Positions 28,481-38,918 of a DNA stretch of 64,000 bases are shown here, piece by piece (the first letter of the stretch is position 1; each line of letters begins with the position of its first letter). The position numbers and the translations under genes were made by a program. The stretch spans positions 4,256-68,255 of the forward strand of contig CAZKPK010000003.1 of NCBI GenBank assembly GCA_964554645.1, given 5' to 3'. The DNA is from an uncultured Candidatus Saccharibacteria bacterium (lineage in GTDB: Bacteria > Patescibacteriota > Minisyncoccia > Phycocordibacterales > UBA9973). The notes beneath the pieces are model-generated. The model did no database searches. It saw only the letters and a list, made by a program, of their open reading frames with translations, and had not been told where the DNA came from.

Positions 28481-30226
28481 TTATCTAAAATATTCTGGAG
28501 TATAGATGGACATCCAGTCCAAAAGCTGTCGCATTACGGTAGATGCGTTGACGCTATTAACCGGGGGGCCGGCTTCCATCATGATCGTGAAGGCGTATCT
28601 GGGATTTTCTTCCGGAAAGAAGCCAATAACCCACGAATTAACTTTATTTTTATTTACGCCAAGTTGCGCTGTGCCAGTCTTGGCAGCGACTTTTACATAG
28701 GGCGCATTTAATGTTGCCGCAGTGCCGTAAGTTACCGCTTGCCTCATTCCATCGCGCACAATATCAAAATATTCTTTTTTAATATCTATAACAGAAACTC
28801 GATTTTCTTTTTCCTGGTCATCCAATCCAAAATGCGGAGTTACAAGTCTGCCGTTATTTGCAATTACTGAAACAGCGCGCGCCATTTCCATCGGAGTAAC
28901 CTGAAATCCGTATTGTCCAATGACTGTATGATAAGTGTCTCCAAGGCGCCAAACATCTCCCTTAAAGTTCGCTGTTTTCCACTCCGGACTTGGGATTATA
29001 CCTTTCGTCTCATTTGGCAAATCAATTCCGGTTTTATCTCCAAGTCCGAAAAGTTTCGCATATTTTTCAATATTTACGATTCCCATTCCCTTCTGATCTT
29101 CAAAACCTCCGCCGATAGAGTAAAAATAGATGTCTGAGGATACAGCCAGCGCTTGCGCCATATCTGTCCAGCCATTTGCCCTCCAGTCTGTAAAAATAGT
29201 TTTTTGGTTTTTTAAATAAGGATTTGGAATTGAAATGGAACCGGTTGAGAGGATCTTTTTATCCGGATCGATTACATTTTCTGCCAAAGCGCCTAAAGCT
29301 AAAAATGGTTTTACGATTGAACCCGGAGTGTAAAGCCCCGAAACAGTTTTATCCAGAAAAATTTTTCTTTTATCAGTTATATAGCTATTAATTTTTTTTA
29401 TATCCTTGCCTAGAGATAAAATTTCAGAATCATATTCTGGAAAACTGGTGGAAGTTATAATCTCTCCATTTTGCACGTCCATTATGATTCCCGCTCCGCC
29501 TGCAAATCTATTGCTTTCTGTTAAATTTTTAATGGAAGTGAATAATTTTGTTTGCACTCGCGAATCGATGCTCGTTATTAAATCGCTCCCCTGTTTTGGG
29601 GCATTTATGATATTTTCTGAATGGATAACTCCCTGCGCATTTGTTTCTATTATCTTTGATCCATTCCCCCCCTTTATTTTTTTGTCATATTTTTTTTCTA
29701 ATCCATCGATGCCTTCAAATTCAGTTTGCCAATAATTCCCGGCGCTGTCCTTTGTTGGATAACTCACATAACCCAATATATGCGAGAATCCGGGTGATGC
29801 ATAAGCGCGTGTATACAATATAGATGAATCCAACTTGGTAGTCGGAGCGCCACTTGGCGCTCCGACTACCAAGTTCGCTTCCCCTTCTGTTTTTTCATTC
29901 CAAGCCAATTTTTTTCCATTTCGGTCATAAATTATGCCTCTTTCCGCGAAGATATTTACTTTTTCCAGAATATTTTCTTCACTTCTTTTCCGATAGATGT
30001 CTCCTTTTTGTATTTGAAGATAAGAAAGGCGAATTCCGAATATTAGAATTATAAAAAGAAAAAAAGCGCCGAGAAAATTGATAGTTTTTTTGGGAATTGG
30101 CTTTTCTATCCGCCCTTCAAATTGCTGGCGGTTGAAATTTTGCAAATTTTTTGAATCCAGAAAAATTTCATCCGGCTCCACGAAAGTATTTCTAACTTTA
30201 TTCATCCTAAATTTTTTGAAAATCAT
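28481..30226 (-). CDS. mrdA: Penicillin-binding protein 2 (class B)
   Basis: AERGIIYDRNG, PGSIVK (SxxK), SSD (SxN variant), KTGTAQ. Confidence 0.92.
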   Translation of the reverse strand: MIFKKFRMNKVRNTFVEPDEIFLDSKNLQNFNRQQFEGRIEKPIPKKTINFLGAFFLFIILIFGIRLSYLQIQKGDIYRKRSEENILEKVNIFAERGIIYDRNGKKLAWNEKTEGEANLVVGAPSGAPTTKLDSSILYTRAYASPGFSHILGYVSYPTKDSAGNYWQTEFEGIDGLEKKYDKKIKGGNGSKIIETNAQGVIHSENIINAPKQGSDLITSIDSRVQTKLFTSIKNLTESNRFAGGAGIIMDVQNGEIITSTSFPEYDSEILSLGKDIKKINSYITDKRKIFLDKTVSGLYTPGSIVKPFLALGALAENVIDPDKKILSTGSISIPNPYLKNQKTIFTDWRANGWTDMAQALAVSSDIYFYSIGGGFEDQKGMGIVNIEKYAKLFGLGDKTGIDLPNETKGIIPSPEWKTANFKGDVWRLGDTYHTVIGQYGFQVTPMEMARAVSVIANNGRLVTPHFGLDDQEKENRVSVIDIKKEYFDIVRDGMRQAVTYGTAATLNAPYVKVAAKTGTAQLGVNKNKVNSWVIGFFPEENPRYAFTIMMEAGPPVNSVNASTVMRQLLDWMSIYTPEYFR

Positions 30227-30228
30227 CT

Positions 30229-30495
30229 TTATTTTAGGCGGAATCTTAGTTGTTTCTTTAATAACTCTAAGATTATAAAACAAATAAATGCCGCTATAAA
30301 AGAAACGAAAACTACATTAAAAAATTTTGGTTCAGGCGTTCCGTAAAGCAAATCTGATAGAAAAAATAGGAAAACAGCCTCCAGAAAAAATGAAAAGTAG
30401 GCCATACCTATCAACGCTAAAACAACTGATACCCAAAAAGGCATGAAAAGCACAGATATGAGCAACAAAATACCAGATATAATTCTAAGTGCCAT
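30229..30495 (-). CDS. Small membrane protein upstream of PBP2 (MreD position)
   Basis: Highly hydrophobic 88 aa, FLSDLLYG. Confidence 0.65.
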   Translation of the reverse strand: MALRIISGILLLISVLFMPFWVSVVLALIGMAYFSFFLEAVFLFFLSDLLYGTPEPKFFNVVFVSFIAAFICFIILELLKKQLRFRLK

Positions 30496-30552
30496 TCTTC
30501 CATATTACACGCTTAATTTTCAAAAAACAAATTTCAGTTTTTCCATAATAAC

Positions 30553-30580
30553 ATAATAGACACGGCCGTTGTCATAGTGT
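30553..30580. repeat. AACGGCCGTT-core palindrome family, copy 3
   Basis: ATAATAGACACGGCCGTTGTCATAGTGT. Confidence 0.75.
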
Positions 30581-30591
30581 TATCTCATAAA

Positions 30592-31965
30592 TTACATACT
30601 AGCGAGCTTGGACGCCAGACCGGTATAATTTTCTGGCGTAATTTTCAATAACTCTCTTTTTATTTTTTCACTGATTTCCAGAGCGCCGATAAATTTATGA
30701 ATTTCAGAAAGGGTAACCTGTTTGCCGCGGGTCAGTTCTTTTAATTTTTCATACGGCATTTTTATGCCCTCTCGCCTAAGAATAGTTTGAATGGCCTCGG
30801 TGATAACTTCCGGATGGGCAAATAAATTTTCTTTTATTTTTAATTCATTTACGCTGATTTTACTCAACCCTTTCAAAAGTGAAACATAAGCTAAATATGA
30901 ATGGCCGAAAGCAGTACCAAACGAGCGTTCTACTGTAGAATCTGAAAGATCTCGCTGAAGTCTAGAGATAGAAAGTTTTCGAGCAAAAAATTCAAACAAT
31001 GCATTTGCGATGCCAAGGTTTCCTTCACTATTTTCAAAATCAATCGGGTTTATTTTATGTGGCATAGTTGAAGAACCTATCTCCCCTTTTTTTGTTTTTT
31101 GTTCGACCCAGCCATCAGAAATATATCTCCACATGTCTTGATTGAAATCTAGAAGAATTGTGTTTATTCTTTTTAATGCGTCGAATATCATCACATAACT
31201 GTCATGGGGCTCTATTTGAGTGGTGATAAGATTCGCTTGTAGTTTTTGTGAGCGATTTTTGTTAAAATTATCAATATATTTTTTACTAAAATTAATCCAG
31301 TCAATATTTGGATAAGCTACAATATGTGCATTATAATTTCCAGTAGCGCCGTTTAATTTTGCTTCTATTTTAATATCCGAAAGATTCTCAAGTTGTTTAT
31401 TTAATCGAGCTACGAAAACTCCCATTTCTTTTCCAAAAGTGGTTGGAGAGGCTGATTGGCCGTGTGTACGTGCGAGCATCGGTAAATTTTTGTATTTTTT
31501 TGCCAGAGCGTCTAATTCTTCTGATATTTTAGAAATTGTGGGCACTATCTCATATTCTAAAGCATCAGACAATATGAGCGCGTAGGCAATATTGTTTGTG
31601 TCCTCTGATGTCAATCCAAAATGAATCCATTCAATACTATCTTTTAGAGATGTTTTTGAAAGTTTTTCTTTTAAAAAATATTCAACCGCTTTAACATCAT
31701 GATTTGTAACTGCCTCGGTCTTTTTTATTTCTTCATAAGAAACATCATCAAATTTTTCACATAAATTTTTGATTATTTTTATTTCATTTGCTGTAAATTT
31801 ACACAGAGCTGTTTTTCCTAAAGTCGATAATGCAATCAGATATTCCCCTTCCATCATCACTCTATATTTCATCAAAGCTTGCTCGGAAAAATAAGGCGCC
31901 AAGGTGCGAGTCTTTTCAAAATATCTTCCGTCTAATGGATTTATGGCGTTAGTTATCATGGTCAT
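30592..31965 (-). CDS. purB: Adenylosuccinate lyase
   Basis: PLDGRY, TNHDVKAVEY, RTHGQ, GSSTMPHKINPIDFENSEGN. Confidence 0.97.
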   Translation of the reverse strand: MTMITNAINPLDGRYFEKTRTLAPYFSEQALMKYRVMMEGEYLIALSTLGKTALCKFTANEIKIIKNLCEKFDDVSYEEIKKTEAVTNHDVKAVEYFLKEKLSKTSLKDSIEWIHFGLTSEDTNNIAYALILSDALEYEIVPTISKISEELDALAKKYKNLPMLARTHGQSASPTTFGKEMGVFVARLNKQLENLSDIKIEAKLNGATGNYNAHIVAYPNIDWINFSKKYIDNFNKNRSQKLQANLITTQIEPHDSYVMIFDALKRINTILLDFNQDMWRYISDGWVEQKTKKGEIGSSTMPHKINPIDFENSEGNLGIANALFEFFARKLSISRLQRDLSDSTVERSFGTAFGHSYLAYVSLLKGLSKISVNELKIKENLFAHPEVITEAIQTILRREGIKMPYEKLKELTRGKQVTLSEIHKFIGALEISEKIKRELLKITPENYTGLASKLASM

Positions 31966-32012
31966 ATATTATCATCACAACCCTGAGTTTGTGAATGGGT
32001 CACTTTTTTATT

Positions 32013-33218
32013 TTAAATTACTGATCGTTTCCAATTATTTAATATAATTAAACCAATGATAACAAATATAGTCATAGCACCTACGGCGACACGATAAGCA
32101 ATGATTCGGGTGTCCATAGCCCAAATTATTCCTCCCCAAGTCAGTGGTCCAACTAAAGTTGCAAAACGTTCGGCTATTGTATAAAAAGAAAATCCATATC
32201 CCATATCCTTTTTTGGTAAGACAAGAGTCAAGTATGCGCGAGTAACCGTCCATACAGAACCCACAAGTAACCCAATAAGAGGTGTTAATATGGACACTGT
32301 GAGAAAATTGGGCGCCAGTGCTAGTAAAGGAAGGGCAACAATCCAACCCAACAAAATAAATTTTAAAGTCTTCAATGCGCCTATTTTGTCTCCCAACCAA
32401 CCAGCAATAATACTTCCAATGGCAGACATTATTAAAATTACAAGAAGTAAAATTGATTTAGCATTGTCTGGGGTCTGAAAAACCCTTTCTAGATAAATTG
32501 AATAGTTGTTGCTAACAGTCAATAATGCATCATTAAAAAAGAAGAAAGCAATTAGCATGGGAGTAGCGGCTGAAGCTGTAAAAAATATAATCATTTTTTT
32601 AATTGAAGTTCTTATTTCATTTTGAATTAAAGAAGATCTGATTTGTTCAACATATTTTTTTGATTCTTTAAAAAATATCATCATGGGAAGCGCAAGAATA
32701 AAGAAGACCGGTACAGATATCAGTAAAGGTGTAATACGAGAACCGGCAAATGGAAGTGTAATCAAAATACCCACCACAAAACCCAAAGAGCTTAAAAAAT
32801 TTCCGATTCCTGAAACTCGAGATTTATTGGTTTCATCTGTAATATCGTCTAACATTGGATTATAAAAAACAAAAGAAAGCTGATAAAAATATTGTCCAAT
32901 TAGAAAGAAAAGAGCGATCAATAAAATATTACTCTCCATCTTTGCCAAAATAGCAACTAGCCCATAGGACAGAAAAGTGCCAATTGTGGCAATATTTAGC
33001 CAATATTTTCTACCGCCACGTAAATCAGTTCGAGTTGCTAATATTGGAGCTGTAAACAAAAGAATAATCGTAGTTATTGCAAAAATCGCATTATACCAAA
33101 AGTCTGACAATCCACCATCGACTACAATCCAGACCGCAAAATAAAGGATGAAGTTTATATAAACAATAGAATTTGCAAAATCATAAAGTGACCAAAAGAA
33201 TAGTTGTTTTTTATTCAT
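32013..33218 (-). CDS. MFS transporter (UMF1/Atg22-like)
   Basis: WSLYDFANS, YNPML.D, ~12 TM. Confidence 0.88.
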   Translation of the reverse strand: MNKKQLFFWSLYDFANSIVYINFILYFAVWIVVDGGLSDFWYNAIFAITTIILLFTAPILATRTDLRGGRKYWLNIATIGTFLSYGLVAILAKMESNILLIALFFLIGQYFYQLSFVFYNPMLDDITDETNKSRVSGIGNFLSSLGFVVGILITLPFAGSRITPLLISVPVFFILALPMMIFFKESKKYVEQIRSSLIQNEIRTSIKKMIIFFTASAATPMLIAFFFFNDALLTVSNNYSIYLERVFQTPDNAKSILLLVILIMSAIGSIIAGWLGDKIGALKTLKFILLGWIVALPLLALAPNFLTVSILTPLIGLLVGSVWTVTRAYLTLVLPKKDMGYGFSFYTIAERFATLVGPLTWGGIIWAMDTRIIAYRVAVGAMTIFVIIGLIILNNWKRSVI

Positions 33219-33313
33219 ATACATAATTCTATCATAAAATAAATGCTGTATCAAAAAAACAAAATGTTTTCTAATGACACATTATGCGATAGCAAAATTT
33301 GTCGCTACTGTTA

Positions 33314-34282
33314 TTAGATTGCGTATTTTTTTAGATTATTTTTGATTCTTTTTTCAATATTTCCGGTTTCGGCTACAAAAGGGATTCCGGTAATTTGCTC
33401 ATATATTTGTATATATCGGCGGGATAATTCCGCAATCATTTCCGGCGGAGCCGGAGGCATCACTTTGTCTTTATATGGATCAGAATGTTCTTTGAACCAT
33501 AAACGTAGAAATTCTTTGTCAAAATTTTCCGGCTCTAAGCCTTTATTTATTCTATCTTGATACGAATTCGCTTGCCAATATCTGGAAGAATCGGGCGTAT
33601 GAATCTCGTCTATCAGCACCACCTCTCCATTTTTCGCGAGTCCAAATTCATATTTTGTATCCACTAAAATCAATCCTTTCTTTAAAGCGATTTCCTGTCC
33701 ACGGGCAAAAAGTTTCAAAGCTGCGCTGGAAACTTTTTGCCAAACTTCCGGCGTCATTATTTTTTCCTCTAAAATAATTTTACTAGTCAGTGGTCTGTCG
33801 TGGGCTTCAAATTTTGTGGTAGGTGTAAGGACTGGCTTGTTTAGTTTTTGATTTTTATGCATGCCGTCGGGCAGAGTAAAATCTCCAAAATTTCTTTCTC
33901 CTTTTTGATACAAGGTCCAAAGAGAAGTTCCGGTTACTCCAGTAATATAACCTCGCGCCACCATTTCTACGGGAATTACCGCGCATTTCTTACCCACTAC
34001 CACATTCGGATCGGGAAAATCTAGAGCATGATTTTTCACGATATCTTTGGTGTTTTCAAACCAAAACTTGCTGATTTGCGTCAGCACTTGCCCTTTGCCA
34101 GGTATTAATGCTAAATTGCGATCAAAAGCCGAGTATCGGTCTGTGGAAATCAGAATGATTTTATCACCTTGGCTATAAACATCTCTGACTTTGCCAGTAT
34201 ATTTTTCTCCTAGGTTCAAATTTTTTCCGCCCGAGGCGGATCCGCCTTTGGCGGAGAAATTTGTTTTTTCAAGTATATTCAT
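33314..34282 (-). CDS. purC: SAICAR synthetase (long type) with in-frame REP near N-terminus
   Basis: GKVRDVY, TDRYSAFD, LVDTKYEFG, DEIHTPDSSRYW. Confidence 0.96.
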   Translation of the reverse strand: MNILEKTNFSAKGGSASGGKNLNLGEKYTGKVRDVYSQGDKIILISTDRYSAFDRNLALIPGKGQVLTQISKFWFENTKDIVKNHALDFPDPNVVVGKKCAVIPVEMVARGYITGVTGTSLWTLYQKGERNFGDFTLPDGMHKNQKLNKPVLTPTTKFEAHDRPLTSKIILEEKIMTPEVWQKVSSAALKLFARGQEIALKKGLILVDTKYEFGLAKNGEVVLIDEIHTPDSSRYWQANSYQDRINKGLEPENFDKEFLRLWFKEHSDPYKDKVMPPAPPEMIAELSRRYIQIYEQITGIPFVAETGNIEKRIKNNLKKYAI

Positions 34283-34313
34283 TTCATTTTATTAAAATTT
34301 TAATTAATAATAA

Positions 34314-35435
34314 TTATTTTCCCGGAGGTGTAAGAATTATTTTTTCCGGTTCAAAAATAACTTGCCGTTTGCCTTTTTCCACCATGCCAATATCCGCAAG
34401 CTCATATCCGATATTTTTACCTATTTTTAATATTTTAGCAATCTCTTCTTTCGGAGCAAAAATATAGTAACCCACTCCCCAGTTAAAAGTTTTTAAACAA
34501 TCCTGAATCGCGATGCCTATGTCTTTATGGAAATATTCCATTAAAAGAGGAATTTTTAACCAGGAATGAATTCTATAAGTGAATGGTCGTTTGTCAAAAG
34601 CGATTTTACCAAGGCCATCGCCTGTGCCGGGCAGAAGCGCATGAATTTTAATTTTTGCTTTCAGTAATGCTTCAACAAGCGCAACATATGAGCGGGTGGG
34701 AATAAGCGCTTCATCACCTAAAGTATTTCCATTGGAAAGTTTTGTTAAAAATTGCCGAGGCAGTTCTAGAGTCTTTTTTATCACTAAACTAATACCGTTC
34801 GCATGAAGACCCGATGATGCAATTCCGACAATATGATCACCAACAGTCAAATTTCGACCAGTAATCAAATTTTCTTTTGGCGCTACTATGCCAATGACCG
34901 AACCGCTCAAACTGGCTATTTCTCGGACTGGACTTTTTGGATTAATTAAATAAGTGACGCTGGCGGACTCTCCGGCTGGCAAGGCCATACCGACTTCTTT
35001 ACAAATTTTTAAAAATCCCCTAGCAAAATCCCCCGCTCTTTTTTTGTCTGCATACCATGCGCTTCCGCTTGCTTCTAATTGGTCGGTAAAAACTACCGGC
35101 AGAGCCCCTTGCGCGATAACATCATTTACCACAATTAATGCCGTATCGATGGCGATAGAATCGTGGTAAGATTTTCCAGTCTTTTGATACATCCATTCCG
35201 CGATCCAATTTTTATTTCCGAGGTCCTCTTGCGTCTGACACCAAATAGGAGTTCCCTTCCCCCGATATTCAAACACCGCTCCGTGCGCGTGTGTGGCATT
35301 CTCGTTGATGAATACTCCCCTTTTATTTGGGAATTTTAGTGTTTTTTTACCAGCTTTAATCATGGTCATTTTAAATGGTTCCATGACCGTATAATCTACC
35401 CCTGCTTTGGCGTATTCGCTTTTTTTATTACTCAT
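34314..35435 (-). CDS. purM: AIR synthetase (atypical)
   Basis: YAKAGVD, VNDVIAQGA.P, AGESA, SSGLHANG, TFNWGVG; EDLGNK replaces the usual DGVGTK. Confidence 0.9.
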   Translation of the reverse strand: MSNKKSEYAKAGVDYTVMEPFKMTMIKAGKKTLKFPNKRGVFINENATHAHGAVFEYRGKGTPIWCQTQEDLGNKNWIAEWMYQKTGKSYHDSIAIDTALIVVNDVIAQGALPVVFTDQLEASGSAWYADKKRAGDFARGFLKICKEVGMALPAGESASVTYLINPKSPVREIASLSGSVIGIVAPKENLITGRNLTVGDHIVGIASSGLHANGISLVIKKTLELPRQFLTKLSNGNTLGDEALIPTRSYVALVEALLKAKIKIHALLPGTGDGLGKIAFDKRPFTYRIHSWLKIPLLMEYFHKDIGIAIQDCLKTFNWGVGYYIFAPKEEIAKILKIGKNIGYELADIGMVEKGKRQVIFEPEKIILTPPGK

Positions 35436-35956
35436 TATTTATTCTGCAAATATTTTTTAAATCCAATTTTCAAAAGTTTCTCGCCTTTTATTTTTATTTC
35501 TTCGCTCATTTTTTGTTTATACGCAATCATTTTATTTTCTAAATTTTTATCGCTTGTCGCCAATATTTGCGCAGCTAAAAGTCCGGCGTTTTTTCCGGCG
35601 TTTATTCCAACAGTGGCGACTGGCACTCCGGGAGGCATTTGAACAGTAGAAAGCAGAGAATCAAGTCCATCCAAAGTTTTTGCCTTAACTGGAACACCAA
35701 TAACTGGCAGAGTTGTCAAGGATGCTATGACACCCGCTAAATGCGCCGCGCCTCCGGCGCCGGCAATGATAATTTTAATCCCTCGATTTTTTGCGTTGGT
35801 TGCATATTTATGCGTAATTTCCGGTGCGCGATGCGCCGAAGCGACCGTCATTTCATAAGGTATGTCAAATTCTTCAAGCACTTTTGCTGATTCAGACATT
35901 ATTTCTAAATCTGTATCTGAGCCCATAACTATGCCAACTTGAAGATTTTTTGTCAT
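35435..35956 (-). CDS. purE: N5-CAIR mutase
   Basis: IVMGSDTD, SAHRAP, AGAGGAAHLAG, VQMPPGVPVATV. Confidence 0.97.
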   Translation of the reverse strand: MTKNLQVGIVMGSDTDLEIMSESAKVLEEFDIPYEMTVASAHRAPEITHKYATNAKNRGIKIIIAGAGGAAHLAGVIASLTTLPVIGVPVKAKTLDGLDSLLSTVQMPPGVPVATVGINAGKNAGLLAAQILATSDKNLENKMIAYKQKMSEEIKIKGEKLLKIGFKKYLQNK

Positions 35957-36038
35957 GGGTTTATCTTATCATTATTATGGAAAATAAAAAAGGGACCGAA
36001 GAATTTTCGTCGGTCCTTGCTAGGTCGATAGTTTTTGT

Positions 36039-36206
36039 TCATCCGCCTAAAGAACAATCAATCTCACCTTCCGGAAAATGAAATGGCACCCCCTCCATGT
36101 CCATCAAAGGCGGTGCCTTCTTGTAAGGAGGTTTCGTAGATTCAATTTCGCATTCATGAATTTGAGCTGGCGGTGTTGGAAGTTGCTCGTTTTTTTCTTT
36201 TTGCAT
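36039..36206 (-). CDS. Orphan 55-aa protein (below ORF-track cutoff)
   Basis: MQKEKNEQLPTPP...DCSLGG*; AGGAG upstream, GTTCTTTGAA upstream, terminator AAGGACCGA/TCGGTCCCTTTTTT at ~35985-36018. Confidence 0.5.
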   Translation of the reverse strand: MQKEKNEQLPTPPAQIHECEIESTKPPYKKAPPLMDMEGVPFHFPEGEIDCSLGG

Positions 36207-36316
36207 ATTTTTGCGATTTTCTGACTCCTATTCAAAGAACAACCTAAAAAGTTCAAGGAACAAAAGCCAAGATTAAAATTAACAGAATATCTAAATAAAA
36301 TCAAGTAAATGTATTT

Positions 36317-36338
36317 TGCGTTAGGTCTTGCCTAACGC
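36317..36338. repeat. 22-bp hairpin repeat, identical to 44304-44325
   Basis: TGCGTTAGGTCTTGCCTAACGC. Confidence 0.85.
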
Positions 36339-36345
36339 AAGGTTG

Positions 36346-37899
36346 TTAATGCTTAAAATGTCGAAAGCCGGTTGTGACCATGGCAATTTTATATTTATTC
36401 GCCATGTCTATTGATGCTTGGTCATTTTTTGATCCGCCGGGCTGGATAATCGCGCTGATGCCGTTCTTACCGGCCAGTTCTACACAATCCGGGAAAGGAA
36501 AAAATGCTTCAGAAGAAAGCGCCGCGCCTTTGAGGGAGAATTTGAATTTTTTTGCTTTGTCAATCGCTTGTTTCAAAGCGTCGATGCGCGATGTCTGTCC
36601 GCAACCCATAGAAATGAGCGCGCCATTTTTTACCAGAGCGACCGAATTTGATTTAAGATGTTTTGTCGCTACTGAGGCTATCAGCATATCTCCTACTTCT
36701 TTTTTTGTTGGCTTTCTTTTGGTAACTGTCGTGAGGTCAGATTCTTTTTCTATTTGCGTGTCGCGATCTTGTGTGAGAATTCCAGTAAAGCAAGTCCGGA
36801 TTTGTTTTTTAGGAAGAGCTGGGTTCTTCCATTTCAAAATTCGGCAATTTTTTTTCTCCTTGAATATTTCCAAAGCTTTTTCTGTAAAATCCGGAGCGAT
36901 AATTACTTCCACAAATAGATTTTGTTTTTTTACAAGCTTGGCAATATCTTCGCCAATAGTCCTATTAGTAGCAAGTATTCCGCCAAACGCCGAAAGCGGG
37001 TCAGCTTTGTAAGCAGATTTATAGGCTTCCAGAAGTTGACTTTCTTTTTTACACACAGCTAAACCGCAGGCATTCAGATGCTTGATGATAGCGAAAGCAG
37101 GCTCCTTAAAATCATAAACAATCATAATGGCTGATTCCGTGTCTATGAGATTATTGTAAGAAAGCTCTTTGCCGTGGAGTTGGACGAAATTTTCCCCTAG
37201 ATTGCCTATAAATTCCCCTTTCTGATGCGGATTTTCTCCGTAGCGTAGCGCGGTGTTACTGTCAAAGGGCACCTTTGACACACTTTGAAAATATCCGCGA
37301 ATGGCAGTGTCGTAAGCGCTAGTTATTTCAAAAGCGTTGCCGGCAAATTTTTTTCTTTCTTCTAATGTGGTTTCGTTACCATTTTTCAATATTGAGCAGA
37401 ACTCCTGATATTGGTGTTTTGAAGGAATGATAACCACATCGTTAAAATTTTTTGCTGCCGCGCGGATAAGCGCTACTCCGCCAATATCAATTTTTTCAAT
37501 GATTTCTTCCTTCGCCTCGCCGGAGCTTTGTGCGAAGGTAGGTTCTTTTGTATATTTTGCCAGCGTTTCTTCAAATGGATAAAGATCCACAATCACCAGA
37601 TCAATGTTTGCTATTTTATATTTAATTTTTTCTTTTTGATCTTCGCTATTATCCCGCCGATTTAAAATACCGCCAAAAATCTGCGGTTGAAGCGTTTTTA
37701 CTCTCCCGCCGAAAATTGCGGGGAAATTAGTGACAGTCTCCACTTCGGTTACAGGAATTTTCAGTTTGCGGATAAATTCCGCCGTGCCGCCGGTAGAAAT
37801 AATTTTTACGTTATGTTTAGCCAGAAGCCTGACAATTTCATCAAGTCCCTCTTTATTAAAAACCGAAATAAGCGCGCTAGAAATTTTCTTCGAATTCAT
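36346..37899 (-). CDS. purH: Bifunctional AICAR transformylase/IMP cyclohydrolase
   Basis: ALISV, STGGT, GGRVKTL, IDIGG, LRYGENPHQ, GFRHFKH. Confidence 0.97.
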   Translation of the reverse strand: MNSKKISSALISVFNKEGLDEIVRLLAKHNVKIISTGGTAEFIRKLKIPVTEVETVTNFPAIFGGRVKTLQPQIFGGILNRRDNSEDQKEKIKYKIANIDLVIVDLYPFEETLAKYTKEPTFAQSSGEAKEEIIEKIDIGGVALIRAAAKNFNDVVIIPSKHQYQEFCSILKNGNETTLEERKKFAGNAFEITSAYDTAIRGYFQSVSKVPFDSNTALRYGENPHQKGEFIGNLGENFVQLHGKELSYNNLIDTESAIMIVYDFKEPAFAIIKHLNACGLAVCKKESQLLEAYKSAYKADPLSAFGGILATNRTIGEDIAKLVKKQNLFVEVIIAPDFTEKALEIFKEKKNCRILKWKNPALPKKQIRTCFTGILTQDRDTQIEKESDLTTVTKRKPTKKEVGDMLIASVATKHLKSNSVALVKNGALISMGCGQTSRIDALKQAIDKAKKFKFSLKGAALSSEAFFPFPDCVELAGKNGISAIIQPGGSKNDQASIDMANKYKIAMVTTGFRHFKH

Positions 37900-37958
37900 T
37901 ATGCTGAAATACTACCATAATTAAATTTTTACTCAAATTAAAAAAAATAATACTAGCA

Positions 37959-37982
37959 TAATGGCAACAGCCGTTGCCATTA
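37959..37982. repeat. AACGGCCGTT-core palindrome family, copy 4
   Basis: TAATGGCAACAGCCGTTGCCATTA. Confidence 0.8.
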
Positions 37983-38041
37983 GTGAAAAAAGCCAGTGCA
38001 TTCCTCCTTGTGGGAGGGGTTAGACTGGCTCTTCCTGCGAG

Positions 38042-38647
38042 TTAATTAGTAACTCGCAACTTTGGCTGAACATTCGGCACCACCTTGCTGGGTGTGGGCT
38101 GAGAGAAACTTACTGGTGACCGCACTAGCAAGGTGTGGAGACACCAGTCTGCCAGCGGTAGCACCACATTGAAGTTCCGGTGCATGTATCGGTGATGAAG
38201 CAGGTGATGCCCGTTGAGCCGGAAAAAGATTCCGATACGTTCCACTCTCCGGCTAGGAGATTTGGGTAGATGCATACACCAATGCAGATACTCATACATT
38301 GAATAGTATGCAATACCAGCGGTGATTGAACCCAAAAGGAGCCACCAATTGCTTACTAAAAGGCAGGTGACTAAAAAGGGATATTGACAAACCATGATTA
38401 AAACAGGTCCGTTCCACCAGGCCATGGGGATTTTTTGCTTGTCCTGTTTATTTTCATCGATGAGATGGTAATTTCTTTCTGAACCATATTCACGATGATG
38501 TATCTTCGCGTGCGCCTCAAAGGCGTATGTGAAAGTGAAACCGAAAATTTTGACTGGCTTATGCATCACATAGCGATGCAATGTCCATTCAAAAAATGAG
38601 TCGACAAACATGCCGACAATGAAACCAACTAGAAGGAACAAAATCAT
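38042..38647 (-). CDS. Fatty-acid hydroxylase/sterol desaturase family membrane enzyme
   Basis: His boxes EWTLHRYVMH, HAKIHH, EYLHWCMH, HHLLHH; NFNVV.PLAD. Confidence 0.88.
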   Translation of the reverse strand: MILFLLVGFIVGMFVDSFFEWTLHRYVMHKPVKIFGFTFTYAFEAHAKIHHREYGSERNYHLIDENKQDKQKIPMAWWNGPVLIMVCQYPFLVTCLLVSNWWLLLGSITAGIAYYSMYEYLHWCMHLPKSPSRRVERIGIFFRLNGHHLLHHRYMHRNFNVVLPLADWCLHTLLVRSPVSFSQPTPSKVVPNVQPKLRVTN

Positions 38648-38740
38648 AATTTTTTTTATATTGTTGAGGTTTTGGTTATTCTTTTTTTAAATAACCATTT
38701 GTTCATTGTATTATAGCACATCAAAAAATTTTTGTGCTAC

Positions 38741-38791
38741 TCAAACTTTATTAAAAACCGAAATAAGCGCGGAGTTAATCTTTTTCTTCAT
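38741..38791 (-). pseudogene. Duplicated 5' end of purH (MKKKINSALISVFNKV*)
   Basis: 26-bp exact match 38746-38771 vs 37851-37876, plus similar upstream sequence. Confidence 0.88.
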
Positions 38792-38918
38792 GATGAAGAA
38801 ATATTAACACAATTTTGTTTTTACTCAAACAAAAAAGCCAGTACTTGATTTTCCTCCTTTCGGGGTGCACTGGACTTTTCGAAAGTTAATCAGGATTTCA
38901 GCCTGGCTCAAAAAACGA

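Noticed and set aside
36104-36304. 66-aa ORF from the track
   Set aside because: Non-ATG start and no signals; the overlapping 36039-36206 ORF has an ATG, an SD-like sequence and a terminator.
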